Shown here piece by piece: positions 42,978 to 51,848 of a DNA stretch of 64,000 nucleotides (position 1 is the stretch's first letter; every line of letters starts with the position of its first letter). This DNA is from Deltaproteobacteria bacterium. GTDB lineage: Bacteria; Myxococcota_A; UBA9160; PR03. Under the pieces are notes generated by a model. It searched no databases, was not told the origin of the DNA, and saw nothing but the letters and a program-made list of their open reading frames with translations. The DNA lies in NCBI GenBank assembly GCA_031396445.1, contig JANNKU010000020.1:1302-65301 (forward strand), written 5' to 3'. The position numbers and the translations under genes were made by a program.

Positions 42978-43625
42978 TCAGCGCGTGAGTTCGGTGTTCA
43001 GCTCATCGTACCAGCGCTGCTGGAGATCGGGTTCGTAGCGCCCTGATGTGTCGGCATCAAAGCGGAGGTTGCGCTCGCCCATCTGCGCCTCCGCGGCACG
43101 GATCAGCGCGTCGGTTGCGCGCTGCAGCGCGGCTTGCGCTGCTTCGAACGAATCCCCGCTGGCGGACAGCTCTGCGCTGCGAGACGAAAGATCATGCGCG
43201 GCCGCCTCTGCGATCGCGAAGTGGATCTGCTCGTGCTGCAACACGTAGGCTGTCGGTGCGCCGGTCTGCTTCGGGTTCCACCACGAGCAGTCGCGATCCA
43301 TCGTCGCGACGAACGCGATCGTGCGCGGTCGCGCGATGAACGTGCCCGTCACCGAATCCTGTCGCACGTCCATCAGGAATTCGCCGTGCGGGACGACGTA
43401 CGCGCAGGTGAACGCGCTCAGACGCTCGGCATCCGGCGAGTCGCTATTCGGCCGGTCCTTGGCGCGGAAGTCGTCACGCGTGAGCTTGCGGTACGCGATG
43501 CCATCCGTGATGGCGAGCGTTGCGACGCCGACGACTTCGACCTTTGGCCGCGCGTACTCGGGCAGGCGCGCGCAGCCCGCGGCGAAGCAGAGCAGCAGCG
43601 CAACGCGCGCTGCGTTCCGCCGCAA
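42978..43625 (-). CDS. Lipoprotein with HExxH motif (DUF922-like putative Zn peptidase)
   Basis: ORF 215 aa (TTG). Lipobox LLLCFAAGC; LQHEQIHFAIAE. Confidence 0.65.
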   Translation of the reverse strand: MRRNAARVALLLCFAAGCARLPEYARPKVEVVGVATLAITDGIAYRKLTRDDFRAKDRPNSDSPDAERLSAFTCAYVVPHGEFLMDVRQDSVTGTFIARPRTIAFVATMDRDCSWWNPKQTGAPTAYVLQHEQIHFAIAEAAAHDLSSRSAELSASGDSFEAAQAALQRATDALIRAAEAQMGERNLRFDADTSGRYEPDLQQRWYDELNTELTR

Positions 43626-43632
43626 TGCGCGG

Positions 43633-44184
43633 CTACGGCGTCGCAGTGCGGCGCCACTGCGCTGCGCGCAATCGGGAAAGGCGGTGCGGCAAGCCAGCGT
43701 GTTCGAGTTCGCGCTCGAAGCGGAATCCCACCTTCTCCATCACGCGCTGCGACGCACGATTCGTGACGAGCGTGAAGCACACCAGCTCTTCGAGGCCGAG
43801 CACGTCGAAGCCGACGCGAACACTCTCGTGTGCCAACTCGGTCGCGAAGCCGCGGCCCCAGAACGCGGGCAGGAAGCCGTACGCCACTTCGATCTCGGGC
43901 CGTCCACCCACCACCACGTGCTTCACACCGCCGCGTCCGGCGAATGCGCCGCTTGCGCTGTCGCGCGCCACCCAGAGTCCGAAGCCGTGCTCGTCCCAGT
44001 GCGCGATCCAGGCGTCCAGCATCGCGCGCGTCTGATCCGCGGAACGAACGCCGCCGAGTGTCGCCATCACGGTGGCGTTCTCGTGCATGCGCTCGATCTC
44101 TGGAAGATCGCGCTGCGCGATCCGGGTCAGGTGCAAACGCGCGCTTCGAAGATCTTCGAGCTCGGCGTGAGGAGCCGGGCGCAC
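43633..44184 (-). CDS. GNAT acetyltransferase (RimJ/RimL-like)
   Basis: ORF 183 aa (GTG): ...GFGLWVARD...EIEVAYGFLPAFWGRGFATE...NRASQRVMEKVGFRFE. Confidence 0.8.
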   Translation of the reverse strand: MRPAPHAELEDLRSARLHLTRIAQRDLPEIERMHENATVMATLGGVRSADQTRAMLDAWIAHWDEHGFGLWVARDSASGAFAGRGGVKHVVVGGRPEIEVAYGFLPAFWGRGFATELAHESVRVGFDVLGLEELVCFTLVTNRASQRVMEKVGFRFERELEHAGLPHRLSRLRAAQWRRTATP

Positions 44185-44185
44185 G

Positions 44186-44488
44186 TCAGGCGCTTCCCTC
44201 GAAGCGCTTCGTGTAGTGCTCGACGGTCGGGAACGGCTCGTAGAAGCGGTGCAGCAACGCCTTCCAGCTCTGGTATTCCGGCGAGCCGCGGAAGCCGACC
44301 GTGTGATCCTCGAGCGTGTCCCACCATACGAGCAGCAGATAGCGGTTCGCAGTTTCGACGCTCTGCCGCAGCTCGTGCCGCTGGTAGCCGCGCATCGACG
44401 CGATGATGAGCTGCGCCGCTGCGAACGTCGCCTCGAAGTCGGAACTCTCGCCCGCTCGCACGTCGAGCACCGCGACTTCGAGAATCAC
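44186..44488 (-). CDS. Antibiotic-biosynthesis-monooxygenase (ABM, Dabb-fold) protein
   Basis: ORF 100 aa: MILEVAVLDV...YLLLVWWDTLEDHTVGFRGSPEYQSWKALL. Confidence 0.8.
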   Translation of the reverse strand: MILEVAVLDVRAGESSDFEATFAAAQLIIASMRGYQRHELRQSVETANRYLLLVWWDTLEDHTVGFRGSPEYQSWKALLHRFYEPFPTVEHYTKRFEGSA

Positions 44489-44877
44489 GAGCTTCGCGCG
44501 CCCGCGCCGTCGCGCTGCGAACCGACGATCGCCAGCGCAAAGCCGACGATCGTGATTGCGAAGAGCACGCCGATCGTCACCGTGAGCGTGTGCGATTCGA
44601 TCGGCCCCGTCCCCTTCTCATGCAGCGATTCGAGATGCGAGAAAAAGCTGCCGTAGAACATCGCGCAGGTGAAACCCCATGCGCCGCAGAGTGGTGTTGC
44701 GTTGCGCTGCGGCCGACTCGCGAGCGCCGTGCTTCCGCCGTAGAGCAGCAGCGCAACGGCGATGTAGTCCACCACCCACCACGGCCACGGCTGCCAATCG
44801 CCCCAGTTGCGAACCACCTCCGCGACGGCGAGGAAGACACCGAATGCGAGTGCGATGCGAGCCGAGAGCGCGATCAT
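44485..44877 (-). CDS. Small integral membrane protein (4 TM), hypothetical
   Basis: Last 130 aa of ORF 44485..45225 from ATG 44877: MIALSARIALAFGVFLAVAEVV.... 4-nt overlaps on both sides. Confidence 0.5.
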   Translation of the reverse strand: MIALSARIALAFGVFLAVAEVVRNWGDWQPWPWWVVDYIAVALLLYGGSTALASRPQRNATPLCGAWGFTCAMFYGSFFSHLESLHEKGTGPIESHTLTVTIGVLFAITIVGFALAIVGSQRDGAGARSS

Positions 44878-45302
44878 GCGACGCCTCGAATCAGCGCGTA
44901 GAGCACGTTGTAGAGATCGAAGGCGATCGAGATCCACAGCGTTGCGGTGACGGCGTCGAGCCAGACGCGATACGCCTGATCGAAGCGGCGCTTGCGCTGC
45001 GGGCGGCGCCGGCGCTGCGTGAAGTAGAGCGCGAGCGGTGTCCACAGCAGCACGAAGGCGATGCTCGGGAAGCGGCCGACGCCGTAGAACATCGCGACGA
45101 CGTTGTAGCCGAGGATCGACAGGATCATCGCGACCGCCATCCAGCGCGCTTCCACTTTGGGGATCACGAACACGATGCCGAGCGTGAAGACGAAGAACAT
45201 CCAGCCGCGCCAGATGTTGACCCACAGCGGCAGCGTTGCGACGTAGGCTTGCAGCGCCCGCTCGGTTTCGCCGTAGTGCGCGATGAACTCAGTGCCGCTC
45301 AT
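44874..45302 (-). CDS. Small integral membrane protein, hypothetical
   Basis: Last 142 aa of ORF 44874..45755 from ATG 45302: MSGTEFIAHYGETERALQAYVATLPLWVNIWRGWMFFVF.... 4-nt overlaps on both sides. Confidence 0.5.
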   Translation of the reverse strand: MSGTEFIAHYGETERALQAYVATLPLWVNIWRGWMFFVFTLGIVFVIPKVEARWMAVAMILSILGYNVVAMFYGVGRFPSIAFVLLWTPLALYFTQRRRRPQRKRRFDQAYRVWLDAVTATLWISIAFDLYNVLYALIRGVA

Positions 45303-45949
45303 GCGGGTTGCGCCCCGCCTCCCATCGCCTTGTTCAAGAACTTCGCGAACGGGTCGCGCGTGGAATCGCTCTGCCACTCGTACTCGATCAGCTCCGCGAT
45401 CGAGTCCGCCTTCGCCTTGCCGTAGAGCCTTGCAATCACCGCGAGCGCCATGTCGCCGCCCGCTGATACACCGGACGACGTCGCGAACGGACCGTCTTCG
45501 ACCCAGCGCGCCTCGGTGACCCAATCCACTTTTGCGCTCTGCATCCGCGCCAGATCGAAGAACTGTTTGTTCGAGGTGGCGCGGCGGCCATCGAGCAGGC
45601 CCGCCTTGGCGAGCAGCGCCGAGCCGGAGCACACCGACATCGTGACTTCGGCGCTCGCGGCGCGTTCGCGCAGGAACGCGAGCAGCACCTCGTTGCCGAG
45701 TTGCGGCACGGTGCCGAAGCCGCCGGGCAGCAGGATCAAGTCGAGCGGCGGGCAATTGCCGAAGTCGAAATCGGCGACCGTCTTCGGCCCCTGGTCCGAC
45801 GCGATGGGTCCTGCGTGTTCGGCCACCGTCACGATGCGCAGCTCCGGGCCGACACCGCCGAACATTTCGATCGGCGCGTAGAGGTCGAGCGCTTCGAAGC
45901 GGTCGTAGAGGATCGCGCCGAGCGTTCGCGTGCGTTGTGTCTCTGTCAT
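45299..45949 (-). CDS. DJ-1/PfpI family protein
   Basis: ORF 216 aa: LDLILLPGGFG..., nucleophile elbow VCSGSALLAKAGLLDGRRAT. Confidence 0.85.
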   Translation of the reverse strand: MTETQRTRTLGAILYDRFEALDLYAPIEMFGGVGPELRIVTVAEHAGPIASDQGPKTVADFDFGNCPPLDLILLPGGFGTVPQLGNEVLLAFLRERAASAEVTMSVCSGSALLAKAGLLDGRRATSNKQFFDLARMQSAKVDWVTEARWVEDGPFATSSGVSAGGDMALAVIARLYGKAKADSIAELIEYEWQSDSTRDPFAKFLNKAMGGGAQPA

Positions 45950-46593
45950 GCCGTCCTCGCCGAGAGGTAGATGAAAGTACCGAGTACGGTGTTGAGGTGA
46001 CCGCCGGGCTCGACGCGCGCGAATCCCGCTTCGCGCATCAGCTCCGGCAGGCGGCCATCGAGGTTGTCCGCCATCCGGTCGCCGCGATGGACGATGCGAA
46101 CGAGTCGCAGCGCGAGCGCATTCTGCGGCGCTCCGAAATCGACGAGGTGGAACGACCCGCCAGGCGCCAGCACGCGCCGCGACTCGCGCAGCGCCGCGAC
46201 TTTCTCGTCGCGCGTCAGGTGGTGCAGCATCGCCGAGCAGAGCACGCGGTCGAAGCTCGCGTCGGCGTACGGAAGCGCCGTTGCGAGCGCCTCGTCGAAG
46301 CGGATCGCGGCGCCTTGCTTCTCCGCCTTCGCACGAGCGAGCGACAGAACGCGCGGATCGCCATCGACACCGACGAGATCCGCGCTCGGGCAGCGCTGCT
46401 CCAGCATCAGCAGCAGCGACGCGGTGCCGCAGCCGAGATCGAGCACGCGCTGACGAGGCTCGATCGCCGCGAGATCGAGCAAGCGCGTGCGCAGCGTCTG
46501 CTCGCGCACCAGCAAGCGCAGCATCGGGTCGTAGAGCGGCAGGAAGAAATCGTGGCCGGCAGCGGGGATGTACTCGGCGTGGCGATGGGTCAT
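45946..46593 (-). CDS. Class I SAM-dependent methyltransferase
   Basis: ORF 215 aa: RVLDLGCGTASLLL (motif I), FDRVLCSAMLHHL, LAPGGSFHLVDF. Confidence 0.85.
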   Translation of the reverse strand: MTHRHAEYIPAAGHDFFLPLYDPMLRLLVREQTLRTRLLDLAAIEPRQRVLDLGCGTASLLLMLEQRCPSADLVGVDGDPRVLSLARAKAEKQGAAIRFDEALATALPYADASFDRVLCSAMLHHLTRDEKVAALRESRRVLAPGGSFHLVDFGAPQNALALRLVRIVHRGDRMADNLDGRLPELMREAGFARVEPGGHLNTVLGTFIYLSARTA

Positions 46594-47135
46594 TGAGGTT
46601 CCTCTGGGGCGCGCGCGTCGGGAGAGTACGAGAGCGAAAGCAACACCGCTGCGACGGCGTCCTTGTGCTCGAGCATCAGCAAGCGCGCGCGACGACCCGG
46701 TCCGAAGAGCAGCGCGCCGAGCGCGTCCGCATCGATCGCGACACGAATCGCAAGCACGCGTGGCCCGTGGCGTCGCAGCAGTGACTCGACCTGGCGATAG
46801 AAACGCTCCGCCCCATCACTCGCGAGAATCAGCAGCCGCGACACACGCACGCCGCGCGGCGCACCGCTCTGCTGATCGACGATGCGCAGCCCGCGCTCCT
46901 CCGCCGCCAGCGTCTTCTCGGCGCCCTCGAATCCCCGCACCACGCGACTCGCGCTGTACGCACTCTTCAACGCCGCCGCGAGCGCATCGCTCATCGCCGC
47001 CTCCGCGACCCGCACCTCGCTCCCCGCCCAAAGCGGCGCCGTGTGCGAGGCGAGATCGAGCAGCAACTGCGCCCCCCGCGCATCCGCCTCGATCGCCTTC
47101 GGCAGCCGCAACGGCGTCAACCTATCTCCCGGCAT
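46590..47135 (-). CDS. Hypothetical protein (weak resemblance to L7Ae/YlxQ-type fold, unverified)
   Basis: Last 181 aa of ORF 46590..47378 from ATG 47135: ...VVRGFEGAEKTLAAEERG...SRLLILASDGAERF...ALGALLF. Coding potential supported by 4-nt coupling to neighbours. Confidence 0.45.
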   Translation of the reverse strand: MPGDRLTPLRLPKAIEADARGAQLLLDLASHTAPLWAGSEVRVAEAAMSDALAAALKSAYSASRVVRGFEGAEKTLAAEERGLRIVDQQSGAPRGVRVSRLLILASDGAERFYRQVESLLRRHGPRVLAIRVAIDADALGALLFGPGRRARLLMLEHKDAVAAVLLSLSYSPDARAPEEPQ

Positions 47136-47169
47136 CGACTTATTTTCTGTCAACTTGTTTCGCTTCGAG
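47113..47169. repeat. Direct repeat copy A (with 18-bp insertion) spanning GNAT 3' end and next gene's 5' end
   Basis: GGCGTCAACCTAT (47113-47125) ... TATTTTCTGTCAACTTGTTTCGCTTCGAG (47141-47169). Matches copy B at about 35/39 positions once the 18-bp insert CTCCCGGCATCGACTTAT is removed. Confidence 0.8.
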
Positions 47170-47646
47170 CTCGAGCCAGAGCTGGCGTCCGCCGTTCCAG
47201 CGGGATCGCTCGGCTCTGAAGCCGGCGCGTTGGTACAGCCGCAGCGCGTCTGCATTGCGCTCGTTCGTGGTGAGGCCGATGACGCAAGCCTCGCGCTCGC
47301 GCGCGCGCTGGATCGATGCCGAGAGCAAGCGAGCGCCGACGCCGCGCCCTCGCGCGTCGGACACGACGAAGAAGTCATCGATCTGCGCCTCGATCCCGTC
47401 GCACCAGAGCGAAAAGCGATATCGAAGCTGGCTGAAGCCGATCGCTCGATCGCGATCGCAGGCGATCATGAACTCGGTGCCGGGATCCGCGAGCAAGCGC
47501 GCGACCGAGACAGCGATCGATTCGGCCTCCGGCGCGCGGTGCCCCAAGAAGTCGCGAAACGAGGCGACCAGCGCTGCCAAATCCGCGCAATCAGCCGTGT
47601 CCGCCAACCGGAGCCCGACGTCCTCCCGTTTGCAACCGGGCGTCAA
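47140..47646 (-). CDS. GNAT acetyltransferase
   Basis: ORF 47140..47745: ...LRLADTADCADLAALV...FFVVSDARGRGVGARLL...RLYQRAGF. Start placed at in-frame TTG 47646. ATG 47745 is rejected because it overlaps the divergent alkA start. Confidence 0.75.
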   Translation of the reverse strand: MTPGCKREDVGLRLADTADCADLAALVASFRDFLGHRAPEAESIAVSVARLLADPGTEFMIACDRDRAIGFSQLRYRFSLWCDGIEAQIDDFFVVSDARGRGVGARLLSASIQRAREREACVIGLTTNERNADALRLYQRAGFRAERSRWNGGRQLWLELEAKQVDRK

Positions 47647-47677
47647 CCTATTCTCTGTCAACTTGTTGGGCGTCGAG
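47639..47677. repeat. Direct repeat copy B upstream of and overlapping the GNAT 5' end
   Basis: GGCGTCAACCTATTCTCTGTCAACTTGTTGGGCGTCGAG. In another minus-strand frame it reads ...LDAQQVDRE-stop, resembling the GNAT C-terminus LEAKQVDRK-stop. Confidence 0.8.
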
Positions 47678-47743
47678 CGGGTTGGAGGGGCATCGAGGGT
47701 CGCGTCCGATTGTGGCGAGCTGAGACGGGCTGGCGCTGGCAAC

Positions 47744-49252
47744 ATGCCGCAGATGGAACTCGACCGCGACGCTTGTTACCGCGCGATCCGAGCACGCGAT
47801 GTGCGCTTCGATGGGCGCTTCTTCGTCGCGGTGCGCACGACCGGCATCTACTGCCGGCCAATCTGTCCGGCGCGTTGTCCGAAGCTCGACAACATCGTGT
47901 TCCACGCGAGCGCCGCCGCTGCGCAGGAAGCCGGCTTTCGCCCGTGCCTGCGCTGTCGCCCCGAATGCGCGCCGGACCTCGCCGGCTGGCGCGCGACGTC
48001 GCGAACGGTGTCGCGCGCGCTCGCGCTGATCGCCGAGGGCGCGCTCGACGACGGCGACGTCGATGCGCTCGCGACGCGCCTCGGCATCGGCGAGCGCCAG
48101 CTCCGCCGCCTCTTCGACAAACACCTCGGTGCGTCACCGATCGCCGTCGCGCAAACGCGCCGCGTGCTGCTCGCCAAGCAGTTGCTCCACGAAACGCCGA
48201 TGAAGATGGTCGATGTCGCGTTCGCCGCCGGCTTCGGCTCGCTGCGCCGCTTCAACGCGACCTTCCATCGCCTCTACGGCCGCGCGCCCACCAAGTTGCG
48301 CCGCGAAACCGCTGGCGCGACGACGACGGCGCGCGAGGGCTCGCCGATCACGCTCACGCTCAGCTACGCCGCGCCCTACGACTGGCCCGCGATGCTCGCG
48401 TTCTTCCGCGCGCGCGCAATTCCCGGCGTCGAAGCGGTCGAAGGCGATCGCTATCGGCGCACGATCGATCTGCACGGCAGCCACGGCGTAGTCGAAGTCA
48501 CTGCGATGCGCCGCCGCAACGCGCTCGCCGCGACGATCCGCTTTGCGGATGTTCGCGCGCTGCCCACCATCATCGGCCGCATTCGCAACCTCTTCGATCT
48601 CGGCAGCGACAGCGCCGCGATCAACGCGCAGCTCGCGGAGGATCCCGCCCTGGCGCCGCTGATCGCAGCGCGACCGGGCCTGCGCGTGCCGGGCGCATGG
48701 GATCCCTTCGAACTCGCGATGCGCGCCGTGCTCGGCCAGCAGATCACCGTGACGGCGGCGCGCAAGCTGGCCGGCGCGCTCGCGGCGACGCACGGCGAGC
48801 CGCTCTCCTTCGGCGCGGACGGCACACTCACTACGGTGTTCCCGCGCCCGGAGCGCATCGCGGCGGCTGACCTCGCGCTGCCGATGCCGCGCGCGCGCAT
48901 CGCGACACTGCGCGGGATCGCCGCGGCGCTGATCGCCGACCCGAAGCTCTTCGATGGCGACGGCGATCTCGAGGCGAAGCTTGCGCGGTTGCGCGCGCTG
49001 CCCGGCATCGGCGAGTGGACCGCGCAATACATCGCGATGCGCGCGTTGCGCGAGCCCGACGCGTTCCCGGCCGCCGACATCGGCTTGCTGCGCGCGATGA
49101 CCGATCGCAACGGCGAACGTCCCACCCCCGCCGCGCTGCTCGCTCGCGCCGAAGCGTGGCGGCCGTGGCGCGCCTACGCGGCGCAGCATCTCTGGAGTTC
49201 CAGCGGCGGCATCGCACACAGCGAGCCGACCCATCAGGAGAGAGTCGCATGA
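47744..49252 (+). CDS. alkA: Ada(N-terminal Zn, AraC HTH)-AlkA fusion: methylphosphotriester sensor plus DNA-3-methyladenine glycosylase II
   Basis: ORF 46568..49252 from ATG 47744: ...[23 protein letters not shown]...CLRCRPE (Ada Zn), AraC HTH ...[17 protein letters not shown]..., Hh[21 protein letters not shown]. Confidence 0.88.
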   Translation: MPQMELDRDACYRAIRARDVRFDGRFFVAVRTTGIYCRPICPARCPKLDNIVFHASAAAAQEAGFRPCLRCRPECAPDLAGWRATSRTVSRALALIAEGALDDGDVDALATRLGIGERQLRRLFDKHLGASPIAVAQTRRVLLAKQLLHETPMKMVDVAFAAGFGSLRRFNATFHRLYGRAPTKLRRETAGATTTAREGSPITLTLSYAAPYDWPAMLAFFRARAIPGVEAVEGDRYRRTIDLHGSHGVVEVTAMRRRNALAATIRFADVRALPTIIGRIRNLFDLGSDSAAINAQLAEDPALAPLIAARPGLRVPGAWDPFELAMRAVLGQQITVTAARKLAGALAATHGEPLSFGADGTLTTVFPRPERIAAADLALPMPRARIATLRGIAAALIADPKLFDGDGDLEAKLARLRALPGIGEWTAQYIAMRALREPDAFPAADIGLLRAMTDRNGERPTPAALLARAEAWRPWRAYAAQHLWSSSGGIAHSEPTHQERVA

Positions 49253-49809
49253 GCACTTCGATCGCGAAGCTTCAACTCGATCGCGTCGCGTCGCCGCTCG
49301 GCACATTGCTCGTCGTGTGCGACGACGCATGCCGCTTGCGCGCGCTCGACTTCCACGATTGCGAGGCGCGCATGCAGCGCTTGCTGCGTGCGCACTACGG
49401 AGAGCATGGCTTCGCGCTCGGCGCGGGCGCCGCGCCGGCCGCTGTCGCCGATGCACTCGCCGCATTCTTAGCCGGCGCGCTCGATGCACTCGATCCGATC
49501 GAGGTGCGCTGCTGCGGCACGCCGTTCCAGCGCCGCGTGTGGAGCGCACTGCGCGAGATCCCGAGCGGCGCAACGCGCAGCTATGGCGAAATCGCGCGCT
49601 CGATCGGCAAGCCGAACGCTTCGCGCGCAGTGGGGCTCGCGAATGGCGCGAACCCGATCGCGATCGTCGTTCCGTGTCACCGCGTGATCGGCGCCGACGG
49701 CTCGCTGACGGGCTACGGCGGCGGCATCGAGCGCAAACGCTGGCTGCTCGATCACGAGCGCAAGTGGAGCGCAGCAGCGGCGCCGAGCGCGCAGCGGGAG
49801 GTCGCGTGA
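49249..49809 (+). CDS. ogt: Methylated-DNA--protein-cysteine methyltransferase
   Basis: ORF 49015..49809 from ATG 49249 (ATGA overlap): ...[27 protein letters not shown]...[21 protein letters not shown]. Confidence 0.92.
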   Translation: MSTSIAKLQLDRVASPLGTLLVVCDDACRLRALDFHDCEARMQRLLRAHYGEHGFALGAGAAPAAVADALAAFLAGALDALDPIEVRCCGTPFQRRVWSALREIPSGATRSYGEIARSIGKPNASRAVGLANGANPIAIVVPCHRVIGADGSLTGYGGGIERKRWLLDHERKWSAAAAPSAQREVA

Positions 49810-50630
49810 GCAACACGACGACGACGCACGCGAAGACCTTCCGCGATCTCCACGCGCCGGGGCAGTTGCTGCGACTCGCAAATGCGTGGGACGCCGGCAG
49901 CGCGCGGCTGATCGAATCCTGCGGCGCGACGGCGATCGCAACCACCAGCGCCGGACTCGCGTGGTCGCGCGGCTACCCCGACGGCGATTTGCTGCCGCCG
50001 CGCGTGCTCGCCGCCGCCATCTCCGAGATCACGCGCGTGCTCTCGGTGCCGCTCAGCGCCGATGTCGAGGGTGGCTACGCGGAGGATCCGCGCGCCGTCG
50101 GCGAGATGATCGCCGCGGTGGTCGGCGCGGGCGCCGTCGGCGTGAACCTCGAGGATGGCGCCGCGTCGGTCGATCTGACGTGCGCGAAGATCGAAGCGGC
50201 GAAGAGCGCAGCTTCGCGCGCCGCTGTCGATCTCTTCGTCAATGCGCGCACCGATGTCTATCTGCGTGGCCTCGTGCCGCCGGAGCGAGCGCAGGCGGAG
50301 GCGATCGAGCGCGGTCGTCGCTATCAGGCGGCGGGTTGCGATGGCTTCTTCGTGCCGAAGGTCGCGGACGCCGACGTGATCCGCGCGCTCGTCGCGGCGA
50401 CACCGCTACCGCTGAACGTGTTGGTGGTGCCGGGGCTCGCGAGCATCGACGCGTTGCAAAGACTCGGCGTGCGGCGCGTCAGCGCGGGGTCGGCGATTGC
50501 GCAGACGGCGTACGGTTTCGCGCGACGCGCGGCGACGGAGTTCTTGCAAGACGGAACCTATGATGCGATGTCCGAGACACGCGCCGACTACGGCGAGATG
50601 AACAAGATGCTGCGGGCGAAAAAGGCGTGA
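49806..50630 (+). CDS. Isocitrate lyase / PEP mutase family protein
   Basis: ORF 49317..50630 from GTG 49806 (GTGA overlap): [24 protein letters not shown]...[12 protein letters not shown]...[10 protein letters not shown]. Confidence 0.8.
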   Translation: MSNTTTTHAKTFRDLHAPGQLLRLANAWDAGSARLIESCGATAIATTSAGLAWSRGYPDGDLLPPRVLAAAISEITRVLSVPLSADVEGGYAEDPRAVGEMIAAVVGAGAVGVNLEDGAASVDLTCAKIEAAKSAASRAAVDLFVNARTDVYLRGLVPPERAQAEAIERGRRYQAAGCDGFFVPKVADADVIRALVAATPLPLNVLVVPGLASIDALQRLGVRRVSAGSAIAQTAYGFARRAATEFLQDGTYDAMSETRADYGEMNKMLRAKKA

Positions 50631-50642
50631 CGCAGGCCGCGC

Positions 50643-51299
50643 TCACACCAGCGGCGCCACCAGCCCTTCGGTCTCGATCGCGCGCTGCACGGCGGGCCGC
50701 GCCAGCATGCGCTGCAAGTAAGGGCCGAGGTTCGGAAGCGTGCGCGCGGGCCTCACGAAGCCGCGCGTCCAGCGGCAGAGCATCAGCGCATACGGATCGA
50801 GTGCGGAGAACTGTTCCCCCAGCATCCACGCCTTTCCGTGTCGCGCGAGCTCGGCGTCGAGTTGATCGAGCATCGCGCCGACCTTCGCTTCGGCGTGTGC
50901 CCTCACCTGCGAAACGGCGTCCGGCAACTCGGCCCAGCGCTCTGGGTAGTAGTAGATCAGCAGCGTCGCCTGCAGCGTGTTGGTCATCCACACCAGCCAC
51001 TTGTAGAAGTGCGCGCGTTCGGGCGAGCCGATGGCGGGCGCGAGCCCCGCTTGCGGATGTGTGTCGACCAGGTGCAAGCAGATCGCCGCCGTCTCGTAGA
51101 GCACGAGATCGCCATCGATCAGCACGGGGATCGAGCCGTTCGGGTTGAGCTTCAAGTACGCGAGGGATTTGTGCGCATCCTGCGTGCGGTCCACGAGCTT
51201 CAACTCGAAGGGTGCGCCGAGTTCTTCGAGCAGCATGTGCGGCGCCATGCTGGCGTTGCTCGGGTAGTAGTGGAGTTGGGGTACGGCCTTCACTCTCAT
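50643..51299 (-). CDS. Glutathione S-transferase
   Basis: Last 218 aa of ORF 50643..51590 from ATG 51299: ...LHYYPSNASMAPHMLLEELG...LKLNPNGSIPVLIDGDLVLYETAAICLHL. Confidence 0.85.
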   Translation of the reverse strand: MRVKAVPQLHYYPSNASMAPHMLLEELGAPFELKLVDRTQDAHKSLAYLKLNPNGSIPVLIDGDLVLYETAAICLHLVDTHPQAGLAPAIGSPERAHFYKWLVWMTNTLQATLLIYYYPERWAELPDAVSQVRAHAEAKVGAMLDQLDAELARHGKAWMLGEQFSALDPYALMLCRWTRGFVRPARTLPNLGPYLQRMLARPAVQRAIETEGLVAPLV

Positions 51300-51820
51300 C
51301 GCCTCGCTTCGCGCATTCGAATGGGTTCGATAACCGCGCGCCATGCCTCGACCTTCACGGCAAGCGACATCGCCGCGTGCGCGGGGCTGGTGGATGGCAG
51401 CTTGTGGTAGATGAGTTCGCCGGCGTCGGTCAAGCCGGGCAACACGTACTTGCGATAGGCGCTCGCCGCCTTCGCGCCGTTGAAGCAGACGACGGCGATC
51501 GATCGATGCGCGCGCAGGAACGCCGCGAATCCGTTTGCGACGATCGACGCCTCGTCGATGTCCGAGTCTAGGCTCGATTCGCGCGTACACGATTCGAGAA
51601 CGTCCCAGAGCGCGATGCGCTGCTTGCGAAGCGCCGCGACGCGGCTCGGATACGGAGCGTCCGCATCGATCTCGAAGAGCGCAGCGATGATCTTCCAGAA
51701 CGCGTTGCGTGGATGCGCGTAGTACTCGCCCGCCCGCAGCGAAGCGATGCCCGGCATCGAGCCGAGAATCAGCACGCGGCTCGACGCATCGGCGATCGGG
51801 TCGAAGCTGTGGACGTGCAC
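51296..51820 (-). CDS. DNA-deoxyinosine (hypoxanthine) glycosylase, UDG family 6-like
   Basis: ORF 51296..51931 from GTG 51820: RVLILGSMPGIASLRAGEYYAHPRNAFWKII...IALWDVLESCTRESSLDSDI...VCFNGAKA. Confidence 0.8.
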   Translation of the reverse strand: MHVHSFDPIADASSRVLILGSMPGIASLRAGEYYAHPRNAFWKIIAALFEIDADAPYPSRVAALRKQRIALWDVLESCTRESSLDSDIDEASIVANGFAAFLRAHRSIAVVCFNGAKAASAYRKYVLPGLTDAGELIYHKLPSTSPAHAAMSLAVKVEAWRAVIEPIRMREARR

Positions 51821-51848
51821 TGCGTTCCGGAAGACCACTCGAGGGTTG

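Noticed and set aside
46568-47743. N-terminal 392 codons of the 894-aa plus-strand ORF 46568..49252
   Set aside because: This part is antisense to the methyltransferase, hypothetical and GNAT genes and is Arg/Ser/Ala-rich. The Ada Zn-finger sequence starts right at ATG 47744, which is taken as the true start.
47743-47745. ATG 47745 as the start of the GNAT gene
   Set aside because: It would overlap the divergent alkA start codon (47744) and leave no promoter space. The added 33 residues also lack GNAT features. In-frame TTG 47646 is preferred, but this remains uncertain.
48134-49945. 603-aa minus-strand ORF
   Set aside because: It is antisense to alkA, ogt and the ICL/PEP-mutase-family gene. 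Composition artefact.
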